A stretch of DNA of 64,000 nucleotides from Octopus sinensis (Eukaryota), in NCBI RefSeq assembly GCF_006345805.1, contig NC_043018.1, forward strand, positions 22,754,001-22,818,000. The letters run 5' to 3'. A program made the position numbers and the translations under genes. This document shows, in pieces, positions 23,835-37,259 of this stretch (the stretch's first letter is position 1; each line of letters begins with the position of its first letter). The notes beneath the pieces were generated by a model that saw only the letters and a program-made list of their open reading frames with translations, ran no database searches and had not been told where the DNA came from.

Positions 23835-23871
23835 CTGTCCGATGAAGGGAACGGGAAACTCAGAGTAATAG
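23835..23871 (+). ncRNA. Degenerate hammerhead-like motif in the loop of a 28-bp hairpin
   Basis: CUGU CCGAUGA AGGGAACGG GAAA CU-CAG-AG UA AUAG; stems I and III plausible, stem II does not pair, U4 is C. Flanking arms 23807-23834/23875-23902 match at 26 of 28. Confidence 0.35.
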
Positions 23872-24440
23872 GTTTTGTTGAATTTCTACTCCTTTTAAAT
23901 AAAACATATTACTCTTTTAAATAAAGCATATTACTCTACCCCTGGTATTTGACTACTCTTTTTTCCACCTTGTTTCACATTTATGTGTTTACTCCTGTAT
24001 ATATATATAGATATATATAATTGAGATTCAGATGAATTAGGTACTTAAGTTAAGGCATCAAAAATTAGTGTGGTGTTATCTGTACTATTTCAAAATAAGG
24101 TGAATAAAATCAAAATAAGCAACAAGACAGGTGATGCAGTACCTTTTATTTATTATTTTGCACATTACTTAATCATCGGTATATTATTGTTAGTTTATAT
24201 TTAATATTTTTATTATATGTTATTTTACTAGATGGCATAATTTAATTGTTCATTTTGAATTGATAAAAGGTGTTTTTTTCTAATTTTTTATATATATATT
24301 ATATTTTGCGAAATTTGATTTAGTATTTCTAAATTGAATTTTTCCTGTAAATTAGGAATAATATTCCTCAAATTACTATTTTATATATATATATATATAT
24401 ATATACCTATATATATATATACCATATATATATATATATA

Positions 24441-24514
<74 letters not shown>

Positions 24515-24558
24515 TATATATAATATATATATAATGTATATATATATAGATATATATA

Positions 24559-24964
24559 GGCGCAGGAGTTGTTGTGTGGTAAGTAGCTTGTTTACCAACC
24601 ACATGGTTCCGGGTCAGTCCCACTGCGTGGCCACCTTGGGCAAGTGTCTTCACTATAGCCTCGGGCTGACCAAAGCCTTGTGAGTGGATTTGGTAAACGG
24701 AAACTGAAAGAAGCCCGTCGTATATATGTATAATATATATATGTATATGTTGCGTGTAGGTTTGTGTGTCTGTGGTTGTCCCCGCAACATCGCTTGACAA
24801 CCGATGCTGGTGTGTTTATTTCCCCGTCACTTAGCGGTTCGGCAAAAGAGACCGATAGAATAAGTACTGGGCTTACAAAGAATAAGTCCCGGAGTCGAGT
24901 TGCTCGACTAAAGGCGGTGCTCCAGCATGGCCGCAATCAAATGACTGAAACAAGTAAAAGAGTA
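24559..24964 (+). mobile_element. SINE family A, full length
   Basis: tRNA-like head, internal (TA)n/(TG)n, AAGTAAAAGAGTA tail; flanked by (TA)n. Confidence 0.93.
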
Positions 24965-25246
24965 TATATATATATATATTATATATATATATATATATAT
25001 AATATATATATATATATATCGATGGATGTTAAATGATGATGATGTGTGTGTTGAAAGAGGGAGAGAGAGAGACAGTGAGCACATGATTTTGCTGTGTTGA
25101 ATATGTCATGTACATACGACCCAGTTTTTCTGGGTCACATGTACATGATCTGAACAAAATTCATTTAATAGTTTCACATGCACATACAAACACACACATG
25201 CATCATCATCATCATCATCATATATATATATATATATGATGATGAT

Positions 25247-25420
25247 GTCGTTACGTTCCGAGTTCAAATTCCGCCAAGGTCGACTTTGCCTTTCATCCTT
25301 TCGGGGTCGATAAATTAAGTACCAGTTACGCACTGGGGTCGATATAATAGGCTTAATCCCTTTGTCTGTCCTTGTTTGTCCCCTCTGTGTTTAGCCCCTT
25401 CTGGGTAGTAAAGAAATATA
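25247..25420 (+). mobile_element. SINE family C, 5'-truncated
   Basis: Matches 16140-16306. Confidence 0.88.
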
Positions 25421-25702
25421 TATATATATATATATATACATATATATTATAGTATATACAGTGTTGACCAAAAGTTACCTGACAGTAAATCAAAACCATT
25501 TAATTCTAAAATTTATTTATGTTTAACGACTGAATGAATTTAATAAAAGCATCTAAATATGAAACATCGTGAAAATTGTTCAAACTGAAGTCCTTCTTGA
25601 GCGACACATTTTCCCATTCAAGTCGATACAGAATTACGGAAAGTATTTAAGGAATTTTGATTTACTGTTGGGTAACTTCCAGCCAATCCTGTATATATAC
25701 AC

Positions 25703-26212
25703 ATACATACATACATACATACATACATACATACATACATACATACATACATACATACATACATGCATACATACAAAGCATACGTACATACATGCATACA
25801 TATATACATACATATATGCATACATGCATACATACATTCATACATACATACATACATATATTCATACATGCATTCATACATACATTCATACATACATACA
25901 TGCATACATACATACATACATACATACATACCTACATACATACATACATACATACATACATACATACATGCATACATACAAACATACGTATATACATACA
26001 TACATATATTCATACATGCATTCATACATACATACATACATACATGCATACATACATACATACATGCATACATACATATATACATACATACAAGGCATAT
26101 GTATATACATACATACATTGATAATACATACATACATACATACATACATACAAGATATACAAGACATACAAGACATACACACATATATGCATACAAGACA
26201 TACATACATACT
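25703..26212. repeat. Degenerate (CATA)n array
   Basis: Explains the IHTY/YVCM ORFs at 25569-26335. Confidence 0.95.
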
Positions 26213-26699
26213 AATGACAAGCTTCTTTCAGTTTTTGTCTACCAGATCCGCTCACAAGAATTTAGTCAGCCCAGAAGGTCTACAGCAGAAGACACTTGTC
26301 CAAGGTGCTACACAATGGCACTGAGCTCAAAATAACATGACTGGTAAACAACCTTCTTGACAGAAGTCCACTTTGCAACCAAGAAGCCCTAGTTTCAATC
26401 CCATTATATGGTAGTTCGGGCAAATATCATTTTCTATAGCCTTTGGTCAACTCGTAAGTTGTGAGTAAAACTGGGTAAAATTGGAAACTGCACAGAAGCC
26501 TATAGAGTAGATTCTACCTATAATTCAAAGAGTACAACTTTGTCGCACTCACACATTGTGCCAGGCTGATCCTGCCTGAAAATTACATTTAAGAGACATG
26601 TGGCTGAGGAGTACTCAGCCTACTAATGTGTTGATTCAAGAGCAGGTTTCTCTCTTAGTCAAATGACTGACTCGTCAATGGAAAATGATGTCAATCCAC

Positions 26700-26930
26700 C
26701 GTCATACTACAGGCATGTCATTATCATCGTCATTCTCATCATCACTGTCATCAACATCATCATCATCATCATCAGCTGCAGCAGTAAAAGCGACATCGTT
26801 GCCATCGTCGTCATTGTTGTCATCCTCACCACCAACACCACCACCATCATCACCATTATCATCATCATCATAAACATCATCGTTGTTGTCCTGATCATCA
26901 TCACCATTATCACCATCATTGTCCTCCTCA
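26700..26930. repeat. (ATC)n/(CAC)n degenerate trinucleotide tract
   Basis: Poly-I/M/S ORFs in all frames. Confidence 0.9.
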
Positions 26931-27244
26931 TTTAATGGCCATCTTCCACACTAGCATAAGTTGGAAGGGTTTGACAAGAACCAACAAGCCAAAGAACAAC
27001 TTCTACAGCTGAATGTCCTTCCTTCGTAATGTCAACAACTCGGTACTTTTTCCATGGCACCAGCTCTAGTGAAGTCCTCGAGTAACTCACAGGACAGGGT
27101 CCTCTCAATGAGGTGCGAGGTGGGTATAGAATTGGAGGAAGTGAAAATATGATGGAACGTACATACATGTGTTGTGTGTGTGAGTGTGTAATATGTATGT
27201 ATGCATATCTTCTAAAATTTATCTGGGACTACATTACATAATCA

Positions 27245-27553
27245 CCATGATCACCGTGACCGACCAGGCTATCAGATGTTGCTACACATCGCTGGTCACA
27301 ATGCGCTTTTGCATTGTTTTAGCCTTCAAATGACACCACTCCGCTGGCTAAGTGAGCAGGCCAACAGAGGAAAGAGTGAGAGGAAGTTGTGGCGAAAGAG
27401 TACAGCAGGGATCGCCACCACCCCCTGCCGGAGCCTCATGGAGCTTTTAGGTGTTTTTGCTCAATAAACACTCACAACGCCCGGTCTGGGAATCGAAACC
27501 GCGATCCTACGACTGCGAGTCCGCTGCCCTAACCACTGGGCCGTTGCGCCTCC
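27245..27553 (-). mobile_element. SINE with family B head and a different 3' tail
   Basis: 27365-27553 match the family B head; 27245-27360 do not match the B tail. Confidence 0.8.
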
Positions 27554-27962
27554 AAGCATTACATAATATGACCTCATTTTTATCTCAATACTTTTGATTC
27601 AGGGAGAGATTCTGCTGCTTTTTCCCCTGCAAGTCAAGCAAGTACATATCTAATATAACAATCAGGCATGTTCAGTTTTAATGAACTGATGAGAACATTT
27701 GATTGAAGCAGAGTTCAAATGACCCCGCAAAACCCAAATAGTGTTTATCTTTTATCGATAACATTTCAACAACTTCATTCTCCTCAGTCAAAAACAATGA
27801 CTATCGTTAAACTTTGATCGCTTTCTCCCAAGTTACATAAATAAACACCTAATTACGAATATGGGCTTATTTAATATTGTCAATTCACCCAACAGTCTGC
27901 TCGCATAATTGTTTTGGCTCTCCCTCTTCTCACAACTTGATAGCCACGAGCTTACAACCAAA

Positions 27963-28372
27963 GGATCTTTTCGGTTTGAACGGCAGTTTTATAAAATAAT
28001 TTCCACGTAACTAAACACTTTTAAACTTCGTATACTGGTAGAATGTGTTTATAAAACATCTTTTTCTCTTGGCTTTCTTGAGAAAATTCTATAGTTTGTT
28101 AGATATTTGTTGTTGTTTTTGTTCAATTTCTGCAATTTCAACCAATCAATGACGTCTATTGAGGTGAAAACATTATGTGCCGTATGAATATGTGCCTCGT
28201 TTAAGAAACAGATTGGGTTTATTTACATTTCTGAAGAAAAAAACAAACCCTTCCCCCACCCCTAACCCTAAAACAGATTGAAATGCAATAGATCGATACT
28301 AGGGTCATAATTATGGGTGACAGTTTCATATGACACCACTAGAAAAACCGCCGTTCAAATCGAAAAGATCCC
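27963..28372 (+). mobile_element. GGGATC-TIR MITE, full copy
   Basis: GGATCTTTTCGGTTTGAACGGCAGTTTT ... AAAACCGCCGTTCAAATCGAAAAGATCCC; colinear with 5336-5755. Confidence 0.88.
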
Positions 28373-28417
28373 AACCTAACACTAACCAACTGCCTATATA
28401 ATATATATTTATATATT

Positions 28418-28743
28418 TCGTTTTTGTATTTGGTTTGCAAGATTCTTTATGTGAATTCGTGTGTTGAAGCATATTTTATTGTGTCTGGGGAGAGTCATTC
28501 TCTTTTAGTACCTTATTATTTAACACACTCACCGGTTCAGTGTTCACTCATTTATTTTTTCTAAATTTATTTATTTATTTATTTTTCCTAAAATTTTCAT
28601 TGCATCTCGCAACCTTCTCAATAGTTGTTGACTCTCAATGGAAATTTTAGAAACAGTAAATAAGTAAATGAGTGGAAATCAAACCAGTGAGTGTGTTAAA
28701 TAATAAAGGACTAAAAGAGAATGATTCTCCCTAGACACAATAA
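28418..28743. mobile_element. Fold-back repeat (family shared with 43783-44073), possibly Penelope-derived
   Basis: Arms 28476-28540 and 28680-28743 are imperfect reverse complements; same sequence family as 43834-44073. Confidence 0.7.
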
Positions 28744-28941
28744 CATATATATAGGATCGATGCCAGAGCGGCCTGACAGGTTCCCGAGCTGATGGCACGT
28801 AAAACGCATTCACTACACTCTTGGAGTGGTTGGCGTTAGGAAGGGCATGCCAGACCAGATTGGAGAGTAGTGCAACTGCAGGCTTTCGAGACCTCAGTCA
28901 AACACACACACACATATATATATATATACATATATACATAT

Positions 28942-29108
28942 ATACGACAGGCTTCTTTCAGTTTCCGTCTACCAAATCCACTCACAAGGCTTTGGTCGGC
29001 CCGAGGCTATAGTAGAAGACACTTGCCCAAGGTGCCATGCAGTGGGACTGAACCCGGAACCATGTGGTTGGTAAGCAAGCTACTTACCACACAGCCACTC
29101 CTGCGCCT
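28942..29108 (-). mobile_element. SINE family A, 5' half
   Basis: Near-consensus reverse complement of 16722-16890. Confidence 0.92.
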
Positions 29109-29712
29109 GTAGAATATGGCAGGTGTGTGTGTGTGTTTGTGTGTGTGTGTGCTTGTGTGTGTGTGTGTATGTGTGTGTGTGCACGCGTTGTATGGTTATC
29201 TGCATGCATATGTATGCATGTATCTCTTATTGTGTGTATGCATGTGTTTACTTGCATCCATGTATGTGCATGTCAGTGTATGCATGTGCATATGTATGTA
29301 TGTATGTATGTATATGTGTGTTCTTGTGCATGTATGTGTATTCCTGTATCCGTGTATGTGTGTGCATGCCTGGGTGACCATATGCATGCATACGTCTGTG
29401 TGTGTGCATGCCTGCATGTGTGTGTATGCATATGTGCATGTGTGTGTGTGTGTGTGTGTGTGCACATGTGCTGTGTATGTGCCACTTAGCAATGAATTGG
29501 TTCCAGGTTCAGTCCCACAGTGTGGCACCTTGGGCAAGTGTCTTCTATTATAACCCCAGACTGACCAATGCCTTATGAGTGAATTTGGTAGATGGAAATT
29601 GTGTGGAAGCCTATCATATATGTTTGGGGAGGGGACCTTTGTATCAGCGTTTGCCCCTCCTTTGCTTGATAATTGGTGTTGGTTTCTTTATGTCCCTCAT
29701 ATCTGTCCCTAT

Positions 29713-30089
29713 GTGGATGCGCAATGGCCCAGTGGTTAGCAGCGGACTCGCGGTCGTAGGATCGCGGTTCGATTCCCAGACCGGGCGTTGTGATGTGTTT
29801 ATTGAGCGAAAACACATAAAGCTCCACGAGGCTCCGGCAGGGATGGTGGTGATCCCTGCTGTACTCTTCACCACAACTTCTCTCACTCTTACTTCCTGTT
29901 TCTGTTGTACCTGTATTTCAAGGGGCCGGCCTTGTCACCTCTCTGTGTCACGCTGAATTCCTGAGAACTACGTTAAGGTACACGTGTCTGTGGAGTGCTC
30001 AGCCACTTACACGTTAATTTCACGAGCAGGCTGTTCCGTTGATCGGATCAACCGGAACCCTCGCCGTCGTAACCGACAGAGTACTTCCA
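29713..30089 (+). mobile_element. SINE family B, full length
   Basis: A box TGGCCCAGTGG, B box GGTTCGATTCC; colinear with the reverse complement of 2757-3140. Confidence 0.92.
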
Positions 30090-30248
30090 TCCATCTCTCC
30101 CTATGTTAAAAAATAAACCTCATTTGGCTGGATTCCATGAGAGCATCGTCAGCCTATGAACTTTTAAGCTGCCCCTCAGGTATGTGTGCGAGTGTATGCG
30201 TATATTCTTTTATTCTTTCACATCCTCTAACTCCGAAACGCATGGGAA

Positions 30249-30626
30249 TGGAAGCACTTCGTCGGTTACGACGATGAGGGTTCCGGTTATCTGAATCAAC
30301 GGAACAGCCTGCTCGTGAAATAACGTGTAAGTGGCTGAGCACCCCAGACACATGTACCCTTAACGTAGTTTCGGGGATATTCAGCGTGAAACGAGAGTGA
30401 CAAGGCCGGCCTTTGAAATACAGGTACAACAGAAACAGGAAGTAAGAGTGAGAGAAAGTTGTGGTGAAAGAGTACAGCAGGGATCACCACCATCCCCTGC
30501 CGGAGCCTCGTGGAGCTTTAGGTGTTTTCGCTCAATAAACACTCACAACGCCCGGTCTGGGAATCGAAACCGCGATCCTATGACCGCGAGTCAGCTGCCC
30601 TAACCTCTGGACCATTGCGCCTCCAC
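30249..30626 (-). mobile_element. SINE family B, full length, inverted relative to 29713-30089
   Basis: Tail-to-tail with the preceding copy, ~160-bp spacer. Confidence 0.92.
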
Positions 30627-30829
30627 TCCGAAACGCATACACAGATAAACAAAGCTGGGTGGATTCGTTATTTTTTTCTCTTTACCTGTCTGGGTTGTTG
30701 AGTATTGCTATCTGGGAGATTTTCTTATAGTTGTAAGATAGTTAGTTTTAACTGCTATTTCTAAATTTCGGTATGTGGTGAAGCAAATTTTTGCTGAGCC
30801 CAAATTATAATTATACTCATAATAATAAA

Positions 30830-30898
30830 ATTTTATGTATAAATATATGGTGTATATATAATACATACATACATAATCTATGTATATATAATATATAT

Positions 30899-30930
<32 letters not shown>

Positions 30931-31023
30931 ATATACTACAACCTACATACATAATATATTGTGTGTGTGTGTGTGTCTGTGTGTACATCTATATTTAGGT
31001 ATATTACATATATGTATGCATGC

Positions 31024-31088
<65 letters not shown>

Positions 31089-31300
31089 CATACATATGAT
31101 AGATGGATAGATAGATGTATAGATGTATATTCTATATATAAGCATATATATATATGCATATGCATATGTATAATATACATAGATATAATATATATATATA
31201 TACATACATTACATATATATATATACTATATGTATACACACACACATATACATATACATATGCATACATATATAACATATGCATACAAATATAATATATA

Positions 31301-31357
<57 letters not shown>

Positions 31358-31365
31358 TATATATA
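30830..31365. repeat. (TA)n/(CATA)n compound microsatellite
   Basis: Explains the YI-repeat ORFs. Confidence 0.93.
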
Positions 31366-31763
31366 TCGCTAGGCAGCAAGTCTCTTAGCAACTAGGATTA
31401 CAGCATCAACAATCCGTTTCAGCTGTGTTTAGGAAAGATAACAAAATGTACGTATATTCAACACATGCATATAGATGCACATACATATGTGAGTGTCTGC
31501 ATGCATGCATTACTATGTTTATATGTGGATATATATGTATGTGTGTGTGTGTGTGTGTGTGTGTGCATTATAATTACTGATATTATGAATGAATGTCTGA
31601 ATGTATTATTCTGTTATCCTGCTGTTGGATTCAGCTTGAGGATGTGGCCAGGCTGGGGCACTGTTTATTAATTTGCTGTGAGATTATAAAGATGAAACGT
31701 ATGTAAACTACAAACAACACGGTAGAAAGGGCTTGGTATCATCATCATTTTTAGCGTCCGTTT

Positions 31764-31862
31764 NNNNNNNNNNNNNNNNNNNNNNNNNNNNNNNNNNNNN
31801 NNNNNNNNNNNNNNNNNNNNNNNNNNNNNNNNNNNNNNNNNNNNNNNNNNNNNNNNNNNNNN
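31764..31862. other. Assembly gap (99 N)
   Basis: Run of N; order and spacing across it are not directly observed. Confidence 0.99.
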
Positions 31863-31936
31863 NAAAAAAAAATAAAAGACGGGTGGGAAAACAACACAAC
31901 AACATATATTAGTTTAATGCTCGGGAAGTCAAAAGT

Positions 31937-31972
31937 CTTTTATGTTTCGAGCCTATGCTCTTCGACAGAAAG
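31937..31972 (-). ncRNA. Minimal hammerhead-like motif, degenerate
   Basis: Minus: CUUU CUGUCGA A GAGC-AUAG-GCUC GAAA CAUA AAAG; same family as 18457-18492, with CpG decay in stem III. Confidence 0.55.
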
Positions 31973-32284
31973 GACACAGAAATAAACAGGAGAGAAAACT
32001 GATGAGTGTCATGGCTGACAGTAAGAGGGGTAGAATTCAAGTCTTCCTGGGAATATAGAAAAGGGCTACGGGAAACTCCCTTTCAGAATAGATTTCCTAC
32101 TCTGAATCATTACATTAACACCTGAGTTTTCTGTCCAATTAAAAAGGATACATTAATTCGGGTAGTCCTTGGTACACCATGCCAGAATGGATGACAGGAC
32201 AGTCATAACAGGAACACATTTCATTATAGACCTTTCTTCTGTGTCAGGGCTGACCTAGGGTTAAATAACAAGCAGGAAACCAAC

Positions 32285-33150
32285 CAATGGCGCCATAATA
32301 CAATGCTGCTACTACCACCAATGCTACAACCTGAACAATAACACCACCACCACCATCACTAACGTTACTACCACCAGCACCACCACCACCACTACTAACA
32401 TCACTACCAACAGCAATCACAAAGCCATCACCACCACCACCACAGCCAACACCATCATCCCCACCAACAACCTCTACAACCTCATGCTCAACACCAGCAC
32501 TGCCAACACTACCGCCAACCCAACACCATAATCAGCACCCAACACACCACTACCACCATCATCACCACTTCCCACCACTACCACCGTTACCACCATCACC
32601 ACCCACCACCATCACTAGCAACACCTCTACACAACATCATGCTCAACACCACCACCACTACCACCCAACCACCACCACTACACCCACCACCACCACCATC
32701 ACCACCAACAGCTCTACAACATCCTGCTCAACACCACCACACTACCACCCCCCCCACCATCACCACCATCACACACCACCACCCCCCCACCAGCAGCAGC
32801 AGCACCACCACCACCACTAACATCACTACCAACAGCAATCACAACGCCATCACCAGCACCACCACAGCCAATACCACCAAAACCAATGCCACCACCATCA
32901 CCTCTACAACATCATACTCAATACCAGCACCACCAACACTACCACCAACACCAACACCATAATCAGCACAACCAACACCACTACCACCACCATCACCACT
33001 ACCACCACTACCACCGTTACCACCATCACCACCACCACCACCATCACTAGCAACAGCTCTACAACATCATGCTCAACACCACCACTACCACCACCACCAC
33101 AACCGTTACCACCATCATCATCATCACCACCACCAATGCCACTGCCACAC
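32285..33150. repeat. (CAC/CAA/CAT)n degenerate trinucleotide tract with higher-order subrepeats
   Basis: Recurrent CTCTACAACATCATGCTCAACACC blocks; poly-T/P/H/V ORFs. Confidence 0.9.
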
Positions 33151-33919
33151 ACTACAGCTGTCAAATAGATTTTCCTAAACTGTAAAAAAAAAAAAAGAAA
33201 GTAAAAAAGACAAAGAAATGAAAGACTTGAGAATTTGTGAAAGAGGAAATTGACCTGGATCAAGTGTTGTTATTGAGCTATTGATCGCTGAGTATCCATT
33301 ATGACCATCACCATCAAATGTCACTTAATACTAATGGAAGGACAAACAACAAATAAATCTGAAAGGAAAAACGAAATTTGTGCACTTTTTTTTCTGCTTT
33401 TATTTGTTATTTTAACATATTCTACCATATTGTGTGTGTGTGTATGTGTGTGTGTGTGTGTGTGTGTAAAGGTGTGTGGGCACATAAACATACACATCGA
33501 CATGCATATGAATATATAGGTGCAGGCATGGCTGCTTCCCAACCACATGGTTCCAGGTTCAATCCCACTGCATAACGCCTTGGTACTATAACCTCGAACT
33601 GACCAAAGCCTTGAAAGTGGATTTGGTGGACAGTGACTGGATGAAGCCCACCATATATGTATGTGTGTGTACAAATGTATAGGAGAATTTGTTTTTAAAA
33701 ATGTACCTGAATTTGAAAATCCTGTAATTATCTTTTAGATAAGTTTATTTACGTACATACCAAACTAGTTTTTTTGTTTAACAATGGTATAAGCATATGG
33801 GATTAAAAAATTTTTAAATTGCTAAGTAGAAAACATGCTTAAATGATTAAATTATTATTATTATTATTATTATTTCCTTCACCACATTTTCCTTTTTGAG
33901 ATTTTCTTCCTAGGGAAGT

Positions 33920-34500
33920 TTAATATTTGTTCCATTTAGGCACTGCTTCCAACCGTTCTGTTTGTTTCCTCTTTCTTGTACTGCTATGCCTAGATTCGAC
34001 TTCTTGTGGCACTGGAACATCAAAGGTATCATAGAGCGCTTCCATGGGTATCTCTTTTCTTTTTTCCATGTATCAATTTTTTAGCTAGTTTAAATGTCTT
34101 TTGTCTTCCCATTTTTCACCTCTTATCACATACATCATTTTGCCTCTTCTTCTTGTTACACTACTCCATCTTCCCAACTTTCTCTTCCGTTTTTATATGT
34201 TTTGTAAAACACATTATTACTGACATTAAAATACTTTGTCATATTTTTAGTATTTTCCCTATTTGTTTTTCTTCATGATTACAGCTTGTCAAAACCCGAC
34301 CTTATTTTTCAAGTAAGCATTTGTTCTGCAGGAAACTTGCTTGAACGAGTGTTTGGGTTTGGTATTATCCTATAAACCCTCAAGAATTGTATCAATGCTG
34401 CGTCATTGACCAGCTCATTTCTTGATTTCTTTGATGCTCTTGTAAATGTATCCATGAACCGTTCCAATTGCCCGTTTGATCTTGGGTGATATGGCAAACT
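33920..34500 (-). mobile_element. Gypsy/Ty3 LTR retrotransposon integrase C-terminal remnant
   Basis: ORF 34309-34497 PYHPRSNGQLERFMDTFTRA...FLRVYRIIPNPNT...PAE is the conserved integrase core end; a degraded continuation (YKNGRESWEDGVV, PMEALYDTFDVPVP) follows. Confidence 0.85.
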
Positions 34501-34523
34501 TTTTCTTCAACTTAATACATACA

Positions 34524-34744
34524 TATGAGGAGCTGTGGAAAAGTTTCTGGCTCTGACGGTATTGTGAAAGGCCCGTGCTGGGGCCTAAACCTTCTGAGTT
34601 CTTTTACAAAGTTTAGGAAAACTGAAAAAATGTTACAATAAATGCGTGAATCTGAGAGGGGAATATGTTAAATAAAATAATAATTAACTGATCCTCCTGT
34701 ATTTTCTTTTATGCAAAGCCAAGAACTTTTTAGCATTCCTTTGT
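34524..34744 (+). mobile_element. Mariner-derived MITE, diverged
   Basis: Reverse complement of 929-1146; TA-flanked ends. Confidence 0.75.
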
Positions 34745-34766
34745 ATATATATAATATATATATATA

Positions 34767-35184
34767 GGAGTGGCTGTGTGGTAAGTAGCTTGCTAACCAA
34801 CCACATGGTTCTGGTTCAGTCCCACTGCGTGGCATCTTGGGCAAGTGTCTTCTGCTATAGCCCTGGGCCGACCAATGTCTTGTGAGTGGATTTGGTAGAC
34901 GGAAACTGAAAGAAGCCTGTCGTATATATGTATATATATTATGTGTGTGTGTGTGGTGTGTGTGTTTGTGTGTCTGTGTTGTCCCCCTAGCATTGCTTGA
35001 CAACCGATGCTGGTGTGTTTACGTCCCCGTCACTTAGCGGTTCGGCAAAAGAGACTGATAGAATAAGTACGGGCTTACAAAGGATAAGTCCCGGGGTCGA
35101 TTTGCTCGACTAAAGGCGGTGCTCCAGCATGGCCGCAGTCAAATGACTGAACAAGTAGTAAAAGAGTAAAAGAGTAAAAGAGTA
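34767..35184 (+). mobile_element. SINE family A, full length
   Basis: Head, internal microsatellite and (GTAAAAGA)n tail. Confidence 0.93.
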
Positions 35185-35215
35185 TATATAAATATATATA
35201 TATATCACACACACC

Positions 35216-35266
<51 letters not shown>

Positions 35267-35297
35267 TATATATATATAGAGAGAGAGAGATGAGATG

Positions 35298-35507
35298 TAT
35301 AAGGAGGTGCTTCAGCTTTAAGGGTTATCGTGAAAGGCGTAGTTGGAGGCCCAACTTTCTGAGTTCTTTTGGAGGGCTTAGAAAAACTAAAGGACCACTG
35401 CAATAAGTGTATGAACCTGAGAGCAGAAATATGTTGAATAAAATCATAATTAAATGATCCTCCTGTATTTTCCTCTACCCAAGCCAAGAATTTTTCAGCA
35501 CCCACTC
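35298..35507 (+). mobile_element. Mariner-derived MITE, diverged
   Basis: Homologous to 929-1146 and 34524-34744; retains right TIR GCCAAGAATTTTTCAGCACCC. Confidence 0.7.
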
Positions 35508-36499
35508 AATAAACAAATTGTGTATTCTCCTACCAAATTTACTCAAAAGGCTTTTGTCAGCCTGGGACTATAGTAGAAAATATTTGCTCAAGGATTCACA
35601 TAGTTGGACTGAACCTGAGACCACGGTGATTGGAGATCAAATTCCTTAACCTCACAGTGAAGACATTATAATAACAGATTTCACCATCGTCACAAAAAAT
35701 TAGGGCAGAGGGAAACACATGTCAAACAAAATGGCCACAAAGTGAAAATAACTTTTGTTATTTGTCAGAATTAAAACAACCAGTTTTATTACAAACATTG
35801 TTATGGAAAACCATTAGCTCTGAACTTAGATATTGTTTGCTTCACTTTGAGGTCAAATAGATCATTAAGAAGAGTTTTGTAGAGAGGAAACAAGTGCAAT
35901 GGTATAAACAGCGAGGAAATAAAAGGAAAATAATTCTAATTGACAGACAGACAGACAGACAGACAGATGGTTGGATGGATAGATAGATAGATAGATGGGT
36001 AGGTAGGTAGGTAGATAGATCAGATAGAGACAGACACAGATTGATGGATGGATGGATCAATAGATAGATAGATGGATAGATAGACATAGACATATATAGA
36101 GATAAAGATACATACATATGTACATACAAATACATACACACACAGATACATACATGCATACAAACATACATACATATATATGATGATGATGATGATGATA
36201 TACATACATATATATGTGTGTGTGTGTATATTAATGTATGTGTTTATGTATGCATGCGAATGTATAAGTAAATAAATCCAATGAAATAAAATACAATAGA
36301 GACAGTAATAGGAATTTCTTTTTTGCAATATGATCAGGGGTATTGAATTAAGTTTGTGCGTCAGACATATTGACTGTAAAATTTCGCTGGTCTAAATATA
36401 GAGAGTTAACCTGACCAACTTTATGTTAACTGTTTCCATATTTTTGTTAGTAAATGTTATATTACAAATTCACATTGGTATATAATAATAATAATAATA

Positions 36500-37220
36500 A
36501 TCATCATCATCATCATCATCATTTAGCGTCCGTTTTCCATGCTAGCATGGGTTGGACGGTTCAACTGGGGTCTGTGAAGCCGGAAGGCTGCATCAGGCCC
36601 AGTCAGATCTGGCAGTGTTTCTACGGCTGGATGCCCTTCCTAACGCCAACCATTCCGTGAGTGTAGTGGGTGCTTTTTACGTGCCACCCGCACAGGTGCC
36701 AGACAGAGCTGGCAAACGGCCACGAACGGATGGTGCTTTTACGTGTCACCAGCACGGAGGCCAGGCGAGACTGGCAACGGCCACGAATGGATGGTGCTTT
36801 TACGTGCCACCGGCACGGAGGCCAGTCAGGGCAGCGCTGGCAACGGCCACGATCGGATGGTTCACTTACTTGTCACCGGCACTGGTACCACAGCTGCAAT
36901 TTCCATTGATGTTGATCGACTTCGATTTGGTTCTGCTTTCTGATATCTGATTTGATTTGGTTTGATTTTGATTTTGATTTTGATTTTGATTTTCACTTGC
37001 CTCAATGAGTCTTCACAAGTGGAGTTTTGTGTCCCAAGAAGGAAAGGTATATAGGCCACAGGTTATGTTCTGACTAGTCTTGCCGGGTTCTCACTCACAG
37101 CATACTTCCATAGGTCTCGGTCTCTAGTCATTTCCTTGGTGAGACCTAAAGTCTCGAGGTCGTGTGCTTCACCACCTCGTCCAGGTTTCCTGGGCCTACC
37201 TCTTCCACAGGTTCCCTCAA
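36500..37220 (-). mobile_element. RTE-type LINE 3' end: ORF C-terminus plus long 3' UTR (family D) and (GAT)n tail
   Basis: 37063-37219 minus: EGTCGRGRPRK...HDLETLGLTKEMTRDRDLWKYAV; UTR with ~55-bp subrepeats; ends AACGGACGCTAAA(TGA)n. Confidence 0.8.
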
Positions 37221-37259
37221 TAATAATAATAATAAATGCGCTGATGCTGTACCAGGCTT

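Noticed and set aside
29713-29790. tRNA-like sequences with A and B boxes (many copies)
   Set aside because: They continue directly into SINE bodies and lack a complete cloverleaf; they are SINE heads, not tRNA genes.
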